From positions 10,881-74,880 of the forward strand of contig CAZNIO010000003.1 of NCBI GenBank assembly GCA_964573135.1: a DNA stretch of 64,000 bases, written 5' to 3'. This document shows positions 55,796 through 64,000 of the stretch, piece by piece (position 1 is the stretch's first letter; every line of letters begins with the position of its first letter). This DNA comes from an uncultured Gammaproteobacteria bacterium (GTDB taxonomy: Bacteria; Patescibacteriota; Patescibacteriia; UBA2196; GWA2-42-15). Position numbers and translations under genes: made by a program. Below the pieces are notes generated by a model. The model worked only from the letters and a program-made list of their open reading frames with translations. It did no database searches and was not told the origin of the DNA.

Positions 55796-56884
55796 TTATT
55801 GAAACTCTTGAATTCTGCCCCCTCCCAGGCAGATTTTGTTTTTATAAAAAACAACGTACTGACCAGGAGTGATTGATTTTACTGGTTTTCTGAAAATAAT
55901 CTTTAGCTTCCCCTTATGAATAGGATAAAGAATTGCTTTGGCTGCCTTGTGAGCGTAGCGAATCTTGGCCTTAATCCTAATAGGTTTGTCTAGTAGTTGA
56001 TTAGAAATAAAATTAAAGGGATAAAGAACCGCTTGTTGCGATTTAAGATCATCTTCGTTTTTACTGACGATTAGAACGTTTTTAATTATATTAAAACCAA
56101 CCACAAACCAGGGACCACCTGCTAATTTTATGCCTTTGCGTTGGCCCAAAGTATAGAAATGAAGACCTTGATGTTTACCCAGAATATTACCTTGTATATC
56201 TTGTATCCCCCCTACTTTCTCCCCAATAGCCTTACTCAAAAATTTAGGCATAGATTTACCGGCAACAAAGCAAAAATCTTGGCTTTGTTTTATTTTTTCA
56301 AAAAAATCAAAGCCATGCCTTTTGGCAATTTTATATACCTGTTGCTTGGTATATTTGTCAAGAGGGAAAACGACGTCTTTTAAATATTCTTGGGGTAGAA
56401 AGGACAAAGAATATGTCTGATCTTTGTGTTTATCTTTGGGCTTTAGAAGCTGATAACCTACCTTGCCTTTTTTGACTTGTGCAAAATGTCCAGTGGCTAC
56501 ATGCTGGATACCTTTATCTCTTGCCCAGGCAAACAGTTTTTTAAATTTTAAATTTGGATTACACATGATGCATGGATTGGGGGTTTTATTGTTCCTTAAT
56601 TCAGAAATGAAATAATCAATGACTTCTTGTTCAAATTCCTTTGAAACATCAAAGATATGATGTTCTACCCCTAGTTTTTGACAAACTTGCCTGGCAACAT
56701 CAAAAGACTCCTTTGAGCAACAGGCGTTTTCACGCAGGGAGTTATCTTTGTCTTGCCAAACAGCATATTTGAGTGAGAGGCCAATTGGTTGCCAGCCTTG
56801 TTTTTTGAGCAATATTAAAGCGACTGACGAATCAACTCCGCCAGACATGCCAACTACTATTTTTTTATCATTCTTATGTTTCAT
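55796..56884 (-). CDS. mnmA: tRNA-specific 2-thiouridylase MnmA
   Basis: PP-loop VVGMSGGVDSSVA and catalytic Cys region …NPCIMCN…. Confidence 0.85.
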   Translation of the reverse strand: MKHKNDKKIVVGMSGGVDSSVALILLKKQGWQPIGLSLKYAVWQDKDNSLRENACCSKESFDVARQVCQKLGVEHHIFDVSKEFEQEVIDYFISELRNNKTPNPCIMCNPNLKFKKLFAWARDKGIQHVATGHFAQVKKGKVGYQLLKPKDKHKDQTYSLSFLPQEYLKDVVFPLDKYTKQQVYKIAKRHGFDFFEKIKQSQDFCFVAGKSMPKFLSKAIGEKVGGIQDIQGNILGKHQGLHFYTLGQRKGIKLAGGPWFVVGFNIIKNVLIVSKNEDDLKSQQAVLYPFNFISNQLLDKPIRIKAKIRYAHKAAKAILYPIHKGKLKIIFRKPVKSITPGQYVVFYKNKICLGGGRIQEFQ

Positions 56885-57617
56885 GACGAATGATTAGCAT
56901 GAATAGAAGAGCAAGGATAAAAACCAGAAAAGAAAGTAACGATTTTTTTAAATTTTTCTCTTTGTGAAGTTCTGGGATTAAGTCCGAGGCAGCAATGTAT
57001 ATAAAACCACCAGCAGCAAAGGGTAGCAAAAACATATTAACGCCCTCTATCCGGTTAACAAGAAAATGGCCAATGATTACCCCAATAATTACCGTGCTGG
57101 CTGAAATAAAGTTATACAGCAAGGCCTTGCCTTTTTTAAAGCCAGAATATAAAAGTACGCCAAAATCACCAATTTCTTGAGGTATTTCATGTAGGGCAAT
57201 TGACAAGACTACAGGAATGCCAAGTGCAGGACTGACGGCAAAAGAAGAGGCAATTATAATACCATCAATTAAATTATGTACCCCATCACCAATAAGATTT
57301 AGGTGCCCCAAATGTTTATGGGTTTCGCAGCCCACTTCATGACAATGATGCCAGCGTAGTACTCGTTCTATTATAAAAAAGAAACAAATACCAAGGAGTG
57401 TATATTCAAAAATTCTGACTGGCTGTCCAAATTCTTCTATGGCCTCGGGCAAAAGATGGAAAAACGCACCACCCAAAAGAGCCCCAGCGGAAAAGCCGAC
57501 AAATAACATAATTATCTTGTTGATCACCTTTTCTTTGAGAGCTAAAACAATAACTCCTGTTATTGAAAGGAGGCTAATACCGATAGCGGCCAAAAGTGAA
57601 AGTGTAAAATTTGTCAT
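56874..57617 (-). CDS. zupT: ZIP family metal (zinc) transporter
   Basis: …HEIPQEIGDFGVLL… and His-rich TM signature. 247 aa. Confidence 0.75.
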   Translation of the reverse strand: MTNFTLSLLAAIGISLLSITGVIVLALKEKVINKIIMLFVGFSAGALLGGAFFHLLPEAIEEFGQPVRIFEYTLLGICFFFIIERVLRWHHCHEVGCETHKHLGHLNLIGDGVHNLIDGIIIASSFAVSPALGIPVVLSIALHEIPQEIGDFGVLLYSGFKKGKALLYNFISASTVIIGVIIGHFLVNRIEGVNMFLLPFAAGGFIYIAASDLIPELHKEKNLKKSLLSFLVFILALLFMLIIRHET

Positions 57618-57660
57618 AATTTAATAGTACTAGAATATGAGTATTTTTTCAAGGAACGCA

Positions 57661-57690
57661 AAAACCCGATTTTTGAAAAATCGGGTTTTA
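57661..57690. terminator. Bidirectional terminator (AAACCCGATTTTT-gaa-AAATCGGGTTT)
   Basis: Perfect 13-bp stem between the ZIP transporter start region and the upstream gene end. Confidence 0.6.
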
Positions 57691-57715
57691 TGGGAAAAGG
57701 TCAATTTATTATATT

Positions 57716-58177
57716 TTACTCTTTGAGATCAAGCCGATCGCAGACTCCGTCGCCGTTGCTATCAACGAATTGTCCACCATGCTGGAAGAATTTACCCATG
57801 CCTTTTTTAAATATTCTTCTTGGTTTGAGTCCAAGTTCATCGGCAATGGCTTTGGCACCTTCATGGTCGCCGTCTTGTTTAAGTTGATGCATGGCAACAA
57901 ACTGATCAAAATTGTCTTCAGTTATAATTTCAGTTAACTTCTCTGCACCAGGTCTGTCGCTAATAGCCTCAAGCCAAGCTTGGTAGTCATTATTTTCGAT
58001 GGCGTCCATAACAACTTGGTGTTGTGCCTTTTTCTCAGCGATTTGTTCTTCTGTTAATTGAGGCTTGTGAACCCGGTTGCCTTCGCCTTGAGGACTAAAG
58101 GCTAAAGTGGATAATACCCCTGCACCCAAGATAAGTCCTAAAGCTGCTAGGGTAATCAATGTTTTTTTGTGAAACAT
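57716..58177 (-). CDS. Secreted/membrane-anchored hypothetical protein with C-terminal DxNGDG motif
   Basis: N-terminal hydrophobic anchor TLITLAALGLILGAGVLSTLAF. Ends …DSNGDGVCDRLD. Confidence 0.5.
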   Translation of the reverse strand: MFHKKTLITLAALGLILGAGVLSTLAFSPQGEGNRVHKPQLTEEQIAEKKAQHQVVMDAIENNDYQAWLEAISDRPGAEKLTEIITEDNFDQFVAMHQLKQDGDHEGAKAIADELGLKPRRIFKKGMGKFFQHGGQFVDSNGDGVCDRLDLKE

Positions 58178-58251
58178 ATATTATTGGTTAGTTTATAATA
58201 GAAAGTGGCCTACTTTCCTACTCACTTATTAGTACGCAGTCTTTATATATT

Positions 58252-58995
58252 TTATTTCACATAGACCGGGGACTTTTGAAGCAGGCGCCTTTTGCCGCCC
58301 ATAAATGGCCTAATGTGTATGGCTTGGAACCTAGACTCTCCAATCTCTTTTCCAATAACTTTTATTCTCATATTCGGGGAAAGGGTCATATGAGGGGGTA
58401 AAATTTCTTGATTATAAATAACTATCCAGTGTCTATTATGTAAATCCTCTAAGTTTAATTCTTGCTGGTTTAATATATTAAGAATTCTACCGGCCAAAAT
58501 ACCACTATCTTTTGGCCTGTCCCACATTCTCATGCGGGTATCCATAAGGCGTCTATAAATAGGAAGTCTTTCATCAAATTGTCGCTCAAGCTTGGCACCC
58601 AGTCCTGTGGAGTAAAAAATAGTGCCAAGTAAAATGCTTAGAACGATGCTAAAGATAAATATTAGAACAATCCTGTGTTTATAGCCGGCTTTGGTTTGGC
58701 GGAAAATGTAATAAACAAGCAGGATAAAAATAGCAAGCAAAATAATCCAAAAATATGGCAGGCTGGCAAAGACAAAAGAGAAAAGACTGGGGCTAACTCT
58801 GTCGTATAAATCCCAATCATTGTTTTTAATCATATAGATAACAACAGCAAAGCCAAGACTGCCTATTATAAGGGAAATAGTAGCTAAAGCCCAGACAAAA
58901 TATTCTTTGAGTATAAATTCCCATTTAGGCTTAGGTTTGAGCTTGTGTTGCTCAATTTTTTCTATTATTTTTTGGGTGAGGTTTTTATCGCTCAT
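58252..58995 (-). CDS. Membrane protein, putative anti-sigma factor
   Basis: Overlaps the stop of the ECF sigma gene by 4 nt. Multiple TM segments. Confidence 0.45.
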   Translation of the reverse strand: MSDKNLTQKIIEKIEQHKLKPKPKWEFILKEYFVWALATISLIIGSLGFAVVIYMIKNNDWDLYDRVSPSLFSFVFASLPYFWIILLAIFILLVYYIFRQTKAGYKHRIVLIFIFSIVLSILLGTIFYSTGLGAKLERQFDERLPIYRRLMDTRMRMWDRPKDSGILAGRILNILNQQELNLEDLHNRHWIVIYNQEILPPHMTLSPNMRIKVIGKEIGESRFQAIHIRPFMGGKRRLLQKSPVYVK

Positions 58996-59591
58996 ATTTT
59001 TAAGTTTAATTCTTTAAGTTTTTCGAAAAAATTCTTTTTAGCACGATTGATAAGCGTACCGATGGTACTGGTTGGTTTTTTCAAGATATCTGACATTTCC
59101 TGATAACTCTTATCTTCAAAAAATTTAAGCACAAGGACTTCCCTGTATTTAATGTCCAATTTAGCAAGTACTTGGCTAATTTTTTCTCTACTTATTTTAG
59201 TATCAGTTTCCTTTTCTAAATTAAAGTCAGAGGCAATATTGTTAAAGATATCATCTTCATTATCAGAAGTCACTGTTTGAGGACGAGATTTTTGTTTACG
59301 AAAATGGCTAATTGTCTCATTGTGAGCAATGCGATAAATCCAAGAAGAAAATTTTAGAGAGTCATCAAAGGCGTTTAGATTTTTATATACCTTAATGAAT
59401 ATTTCTTGTAATAAATCTTCAATATCTTCTTGACTATAACTTGAAATACGTCTGATATATCGGGTGAGTTTGGCTTCGTAATTCTTAACTAAACAATAGA
59501 AAAAATCCTGGCTCTTAAGAGTCAGCTGGACTAATTCCTCATCGCTTTTATTATTACATTTATCCTGTGTCAGCATATCTATATTATACAC
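58992..59591 (-). CDS. RNA polymerase sigma-70 family, ECF subfamily
   Basis: Region 2 (…LLQEIFIKVYKNLNAFDD…SWIYRIAHN…) and region 4 HTH (…SYQEMSDILKKPTSTIGTLINRAKKNF…). Confidence 0.8.
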   Translation of the reverse strand: MYNIDMLTQDKCNNKSDEELVQLTLKSQDFFYCLVKNYEAKLTRYIRRISSYSQEDIEDLLQEIFIKVYKNLNAFDDSLKFSSWIYRIAHNETISHFRKQKSRPQTVTSDNEDDIFNNIASDFNLEKETDTKISREKISQVLAKLDIKYREVLVLKFFEDKSYQEMSDILKKPTSTIGTLINRAKKNFFEKLKELNLKI

Positions 59592-59756
59592 ATGTTATTA
59601 TATAATACGCAAAGAGGGATGGTTTTATTTCACTATCAAAGAAACTATCCCTCTAAGAACAGTTTGGCTATTAAGTATTATGGTCATTATAAAAATAGCT
59701 ATCTTTTAATTTCCACGCAGTTCACAGAAGTTAGGTGATTCTTGGTTGCAGAAATA

Positions 59757-59800
59757 GGACGGAATCTACAACAGTTGGTGATGGATATTGCGAATATGGC
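59757..59800. repeat. Repeat C copy 1 (GGACGGAATCTACA… ~45-nt motif)
   Basis: ggacggaatctacaacagttggtgatgg… shares the first ~27 nt with copies at 60860 and 61850. Lies about 170 nt upstream of the ECF sigma gene. Confidence 0.6.
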
Positions 59801-59902
59801 TAGCTTCCATTCTTATAGTCTTGAACCACTAAAGATAGAAAGCATATAGAGTACGATAACTATATTTTTATTCTATCGTACCTTGGATATATTTTATCAA
59901 GT

Positions 59903-60796
59903 TTATATAATTATTCTTTGTGCATGGTCGGGTTTATCTAAATCTAAAACTAATACTGCTAAATTTTCTCCAATATTATGGTTACCGGAGGTTAGGCATA
60001 ATGTGATTCCAATCTGATGCTTAAACTTCCCGGACTTCTCCACTGTTTCATGTACATGCCCATGTAGTGTAAGGAATGGCTGATACTTTTCTATAAATCG
60101 CCTGACTGCCATACTGCCGACATGCGTTATGCCTGAAGCAGAAAAAGGTGAAATTATATCTAAATTTGTACGGTCTGGAGGAACATGGGTTATATAGATT
60201 GCCTTGTCTGGGTTTTGAGTAAACAATTTATCTGATAAATCTTTTTGGATTGAGTCTTGCTTTTCAATTTCAGGAGTAAATTCAAAATTCTGCCAGCCGT
60301 CTTTAGTACTCTTTTTGGCTTTAAGTCTATAGTTTACTCTTTTTCTTTCTTCATAATATGCTTCCAAATTTTTAGGTATATTGCTAAAATCATATTTCTC
60401 CCAATCCTTAATTCCAAACGGCGTGATTGGCACACAACCATAACCGACTAAATCAAAATTGTCTGTTAATTTTATTCTTTTATTATGAATTAGATGATAT
60501 AAATTACCGTCCCCTTTTTCCAAAATATCCATGTTGGCCATAACATCGTCATTGCCCATCATTAAAAATAGTTTGCAATTTGGTAGTTTATTTTTTAAGG
60601 GGGATAATAATTCTGGTAATTTGTTTCTTAAAAACCTTCTTTGGCCTATTATAAATTCACCTTCATTAAAATCTTTAGGTGCTATATCTCCGCCGATAAT
60701 GATAAAATCGGCACGGACTTGGATAACATGACTAACTAACTTTTTATATTGAGTTTCATTTCCGTGTATATCGGAAGTATATATTACTTTACTCAT
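59903..60796 (-). CDS. Metallophosphoesterase (calcineurin-like)
   Basis: Motifs SDIHGN, GGDIAP, GNDD, HGHVHE. Confidence 0.75.
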   Translation of the reverse strand: MSKVIYTSDIHGNETQYKKLVSHVIQVRADFIIIGGDIAPKDFNEGEFIIGQRRFLRNKLPELLSPLKNKLPNCKLFLMMGNDDVMANMDILEKGDGNLYHLIHNKRIKLTDNFDLVGYGCVPITPFGIKDWEKYDFSNIPKNLEAYYEERKRVNYRLKAKKSTKDGWQNFEFTPEIEKQDSIQKDLSDKLFTQNPDKAIYITHVPPDRTNLDIISPFSASGITHVGSMAVRRFIEKYQPFLTLHGHVHETVEKSGKFKHQIGITLCLTSGNHNIGENLAVLVLDLDKPDHAQRIII

Positions 60797-60812
60797 ATTT
60801 TTATCTTAACAC

Positions 60813-60846
60813 AAAAGCCACCTAAATAAAATTTAAGTGGCTTTTG
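60813..60846. terminator. Hairpin AAAAGCCAC-(15-nt loop)-GTGGCTTTT
   Basis: 9-bp stem between Repeat C2 and the start of the metallophosphoesterase gene. Confidence 0.45.
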
Positions 60847-60859
60847 GTTTGCGGGATTA

Positions 60860-60905
60860 GGACGGAATCTACACCAATTGATAAGGGAAATCACGCAAAT
60901 TTCTA
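60860..60905. repeat. Repeat C copy 2
   Basis: ggacggaatctacaccaattgataagggaaatcacgcaaat. About 80% identical to copy 3 over 45 nt. Confidence 0.65.
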
Positions 60906-60980
60906 CTTATGCTTATACAATCTAAAAATTTTTGATATACTAAAGTATATAGACCTTATTATACATTACAAATTTTATTT

Positions 60981-61721
60981 ATGGAAAATGAATCACAATT
61001 TAAAAATCAGGAAAATGCTGTAATAAAGATATGGGATAAGCGTTATTCTGAGACGGAGACATATAGAAAGCAAAAGGTAAAGGACGGATCCGTATTTGAT
61101 TTTTTTGAAAAATACAATGATGAAGTAAAAGCTGGTCCATCTCTCGACTTGGGATGTGGTAATGGCCGTCACCTTCGACATATGGCCCGAATGGGGCTTG
61201 ATACCTATGGCATTGATATTTCATCGGAGTCCCTGAAACAGCTCAAGGAAGATTTCAAAGAAGAAGATCTTATGGCAAATATACAACAGTCAAGTTTTTA
61301 CAATCTTCCTTACAAAGATGAAAAATTTAATAGTATTGTCAGCCATAATAGCCTTCAGCATAACGATTGGGATGGAGCAAAAAAATCTTTTGCGGAAGTA
61401 GGGCGCGTATTAAAAGATAGTGGTTTATTTTCACTCACAGTAATATCAACGAATTGCGACAGGCCACAACAAGTGAATGATATATCAAGCAAGGAGGAAG
61501 GAACAACTTTTATTCCTTATGAGGGGCGCAAAGCAGGCATAAAAGTTCATCATTATTCAGAAGAAGAGCTGGAGGAATTGGCACAAGAAAATGGACTAAA
61601 AATAATTGAGAAGAGAGAGTATGTAAGAGAAGTTACGGATCCATACGACAACAAAAAAGTCCAAAAAGGGCATTGGATAGTAGTATTTAGAAAAAACAAA
61701 GATAATCAGCATAGTGCTTAA
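60981..61721 (+). CDS. Class I SAM-dependent methyltransferase
   Basis: Motif I LDLGCGNGRH. 246 aa. Confidence 0.75.
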   Translation: MENESQFKNQENAVIKIWDKRYSETETYRKQKVKDGSVFDFFEKYNDEVKAGPSLDLGCGNGRHLRHMARMGLDTYGIDISSESLKQLKEDFKEEDLMANIQQSSFYNLPYKDEKFNSIVSHNSLQHNDWDGAKKSFAEVGRVLKDSGLFSLTVISTNCDRPQQVNDISSKEEGTTFIPYEGRKAGIKVHHYSEEELEELAQENGLKIIEKREYVREVTDPYDNKKVQKGHWIVVFRKNKDNQHSA

Positions 61722-61742
61722 TAAAAAATACAACCATACAGT

Positions 61743-61771
61743 CCGCGGATTCCGTATCTGCGGGTTTTATT
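61743..61771 (+). terminator. Terminator after methyltransferase (CCGCGGAT-tccgt-ATCTGCGG + TTTT)
   Basis: 8-bp stem with one mismatch plus a T-run, 22 nt after the stop. Confidence 0.55.
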
Positions 61772-61802
61772 AATTATAGGGGCTTTAACTGAATTTTCCC
61801 AA

Positions 61803-61841
61803 CAAAAAATTCCCTTCAAATTAATTGAAAGGAATTTTTTG
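61803..61841. terminator. Bidirectional terminator (AATTCCCTTCAA-attaa-TTGAAAGGAATT, A-run/T-run)
   Basis: 12-bp stem with one mismatch. Lies immediately before Repeat C3 on the plus strand and after it on the minus strand. Confidence 0.55.
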
Positions 61842-61849
61842 CGAGAGGA

Positions 61850-61895
61850 GGACGGAATCTACACCGGTTGATTAATGAAATCATAAAAATCAAAG
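61850..61895. repeat. Repeat C copy 3
   Basis: ggacggaatctacaccggttgattaatgaaatcataaaaatc. Confidence 0.65.
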
Positions 61896-61968
61896 ATTTT
61901 TCTTGTAAATTTTAATAGTTCTTTGATAATTAAATTCTTATAACTAATATTATATAATACTTGATAAT

Positions 61969-64000
61969 TTATTGCTGAGGAAGTTTGCCTTCACCAAGCG
62001 GATTGTAGCCAGCCTGGATTTCCTGGCCATCGAAGTAACTATCACCATCGGTGTCTTTTTGCTGCGTATTTGTACCTAATATAAGCTCGACTTCATCGGG
62101 TAATTCATCACTGTCACTGTCAATATATTCAGTAACATGTTTGATGCCGTTTGGTGATGCGATATTAAGACCGGCCTTTAGTCCGCCAGTGTCAAGCCCC
62201 AAAGTAAAAAATAGGTAATATGTGTTTTTCCCGCCGCTAACGAAAACATACGGGGCAGTATTCATATTGGAACCACCAAAAACGGATCTCATATAAATTG
62301 TACTGCTACTGCAACTCGCATCATCCCAGCCAATACTACTCAAACAAGCCATACGATCTTTGCCGGTCACGCCATAACTTAAATTTTCGGGGTGGCTATT
62401 ATGATCTACATAATACAGTTCAAGAGCTGTCTGGAGTTGTTTAATCTCTGAAATGCTTTTGGCACCGTTTCCTATATCTTGGTCATTGGGGTTAACAAAT
62501 GTATTGCTGCCAATCTTATCAAGCACGATAATCTCCTGACTTAATTCTTCATCAGCTAATATGTCTTTTTCTGAAACAAAATAATCTTTAAATTTTTTGA
62601 ATAATTCCTGGTAGTGGTCTGACACTTGCAGTGGAATAGATTGCCTCTCCCACTCGCCAAGCATATATACAGGAGGGATAATAATACCAGATTCCATAGT
62701 AATACAAGGCGTAAAAACTTTAGGTTCTACATGCGTCCTTCGCTCATCTTTTATCCAGCCACTGATTAAGTTGGTATATCTTGTAAGAAGAATACCTTTG
62801 CGAATACCTGTATTGCCATAGAATTCTACATCTTTATCAATAACTATATCGGACTGCTCTCCATCTTGATTGCCCTGTCTGTCCTCATAACTTGTTTTTA
62901 AGATGAGTGTGGCAGATGATGATGTCTTTTTTAATTTTAAAAGTACCAGTCCGCCTCGAGTTTCGCCGCCCTTAGTCTTTGATGGAAATAGCGTGTTAAC
63001 TTTCATAATTTCACCAGTGGCTTCATTGGCTTCTGGCGATCCATAAACTTTTTCAATTTCATAGCCAGTGGCATCCAAGCTCAAAACAAGATTAAAAACT
63101 AAAGGGGTGACCATGTATTCAAATTCATCATCCATTCTTGTCTTAAATTCTTTAGGCGAGTGTACTGAATAATAGTTGGCACCACGCACTTTAGTAATTG
63201 CCTCAGTAAGCTCAGTATTAAAATCGACGCCAATACCGATAAAAGTTGTATAAGTTTTATTTTCAGCATTTAGACTGGTTTGACCAAGTAGCCCCTCCTG
63301 ACTGGTATCACCTAGGTTGGGCATAGCATCAGTCAAAAATATAATCCTATTTTCGTAGAGAGAGGAATCAACGTCTTCAAATTCAGCAAAAAGCTCGGTA
63401 CCCATTTTCATACCAGCCGACATTTGAGTTCCCCCGGCAGGTGCAAGTTCAAGAATATGATTTTTAATTTGTGACATGTCAGTATCTCCTACAAGATTTA
63501 GAGGTTTAGCGAGATAAGCGGTATCATCAAATAAAACCATGCCAAAACTATCGTCTTTTTCCAAATGATCTAAAAGAGCAACAACTGACTGTGCAGCAAC
63601 TTCCATTTTGCTTTTACTGCTATCTTTTTCCGTATAATCTTCTACTTCTATTTGTCTGCCAAATTGATCATAATAGTACCGATCAAAAGGAGAGCTCATA
63701 GAGCCCGAGATATCCAAAACAACAACTAGGTTCAATTTTTTTCTTTCAAAATCTGATTCTTTAATACCTGAATTTAAACCAACTGATAAATAATACTCAT
63801 CCTGTCCACTAAACGGATCTTTGGAAACAGCGTAGCTATATGACGGACAAAACAACTTTTCACATTTTGTGCTTTGGCCAGTATCAAAATAATAATCATA
63901 AAATAATCCTTCATATGTTATATCAGTAGGTAAGGGCAAATAGTCATTTGCTATATTTTGCCTAAAGTTATTAATGTCTTTGGCGCCACCAGTAGAAAAC
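61969..64000 (-). CDS. von Willebrand factor A domain protein with C-terminal pilin-like and DxDGD segments; N-terminus beyond window end
   Basis: MIDAS motif VVVLDISGSMSS. C-terminal …SEIKQLQTALELYYVDHNSHPE… resembles a type IV pilin/pseudopilin body. Ends …DTDGDSYFDGQE…. The reading frame stays open to position 64000, and the track start at 63939 is a TTG. Confidence 0.7.
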   Translation of the reverse strand, partial: FSTGGAKDINNFRQNIANDYLPLPTDITYEGLFYDYYFDTGQSTKCEKLFCPSYSYAVSKDPFSGQDEYYLSVGLNSGIKESDFERKKLNLVVVLDISGSMSSPFDRYYYDQFGRQIEVEDYTEKDSSKSKMEVAAQSVVALLDHLEKDDSFGMVLFDDTAYLAKPLNLVGDTDMSQIKNHILELAPAGGTQMSAGMKMGTELFAEFEDVDSSLYENRIIFLTDAMPNLGDTSQEGLLGQTSLNAENKTYTTFIGIGVDFNTELTEAITKVRGANYYSVHSPKEFKTRMDDEFEYMVTPLVFNLVLSLDATGYEIEKVYGSPEANEATGEIMKVNTLFPSKTKGGETRGGLVLLKLKKTSSSATLILKTSYEDRQGNQDGEQSDIVIDKDVEFYGNTGIRKGILLTRYTNLISGWIKDERRTHVEPKVFTPCITMESGIIIPPVYMLGEWERQSIPLQVSDHYQELFKKFKDYFVSEKDILADEELSQEIIVLDKIGSNTFVNPNDQDIGNGAKSISEIKQLQTALELYYVDHNSHPENLSYGVTGKDRMACLSSIGWDDASCSSSTIYMRSVFGGSNMNTAPYVFVSGGKNTYYLFFTLGLDTGGLKAGLNIASPNGIKHVTEYIDSDSDELPDEVELILGTNTQQKDTDGDSYFDGQEIQAGYNPLGEGKLPQQ

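Noticed and set aside
1-64000. Alternative genetic code (UGA or UAA reassignment, as in some CPR lineages)
   Set aside because: ORFs terminate cleanly at TGA, TAA and TAG with normal protein lengths and good domain integrity. The in-frame TAAs at 3306-3308 and 688-690 are isolated cases and better explained as split genes.

Overview
The window reads as a low-GC, tightly packed genome using the standard bacterial code; TGA and TAA both behave as stops and protein lengths are normal. From gene content, my inference is a Candidate Phyla Radiation (Patescibacteria/Parcubacteria-like) bacterium. The basis is the archaeal-type AMP-salvage RuBisCO operon, small streamlined housekeeping genes, and many Cys-rich secreted proteins carrying DxDxDG calcium-binding-like motifs.

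Layout of the window:
- 1-4.2 kb: four tandem PEP-utilising-enzyme (rifampin-phosphotransferase/PpsA-like) paralogues. Two of the junctions are single in-frame TAA stops.
- 4.3-16.8 kb: a minus-strand housekeeping block. It holds a Cys-rich lipoprotein, gpmI, AMP phosphorylase, a PAP2-like protein, form II/III RuBisCO, R15P isomerase, a VapC-like pair, an MFS transporter, a beta-CASP RNase and an FGGY kinase.
- 16.9-20.9 kb: tRNA-Lys followed by an accessory stretch of secreted proteins and a 2-hydroxyacid dehydrogenase. These are interleaved with three copies of an ~85-nt conserved non-coding element (Repeat A), each with its own terminator. There is also a duplicated ~55-nt tRNA-flank/terminator module.
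- 20.9-43.6 kb: core genes hup, ftsZ, ftsA, dgkA, ybeY, rpsU, a MiaB-like enzyme, hisS, lepB, an LCP protein, der and pth. The block also holds a 2129-aa Cys-rich IPT/TIG surface protein with two paralogous membrane proteins.
- 43.9-49.0 kb: tRNA-Glu followed by an AAA-ATPase(DUF4143)/DHH-like/NYN cassette-like island. The genes are separated by three copies (plus one remnant) of a second ~72-nt element (Repeat B). Repeat B ends in a tRNA-3'-like CTACCA and is followed by terminators.
- 49.0-53.2 kb: tRNA-Val, -Ala and -Gly with NUDIX, IMPase and DUF167 genes. After these comes an AbiEii-like nucleotidyltransferase/P-loop kinase module bracketed by two copies of a near-perfect 30-bp palindrome.
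- 53.6-64 kb: LtaS-like sulfatase, mnmA, a ZIP transporter, an ECF sigma/anti-sigma pair, a metallophosphoesterase, a methyltransferase and a vWA/pilin-like protein. Three copies of a third ~45-nt intergenic motif (Repeat C) lie next to terminators here.

No rRNA, CRISPR array, integrase or transposase was seen. The most unusual signal is the set of locus-specific repeated non-coding elements (A, B, C and the palindrome) that partition the accessory genes.
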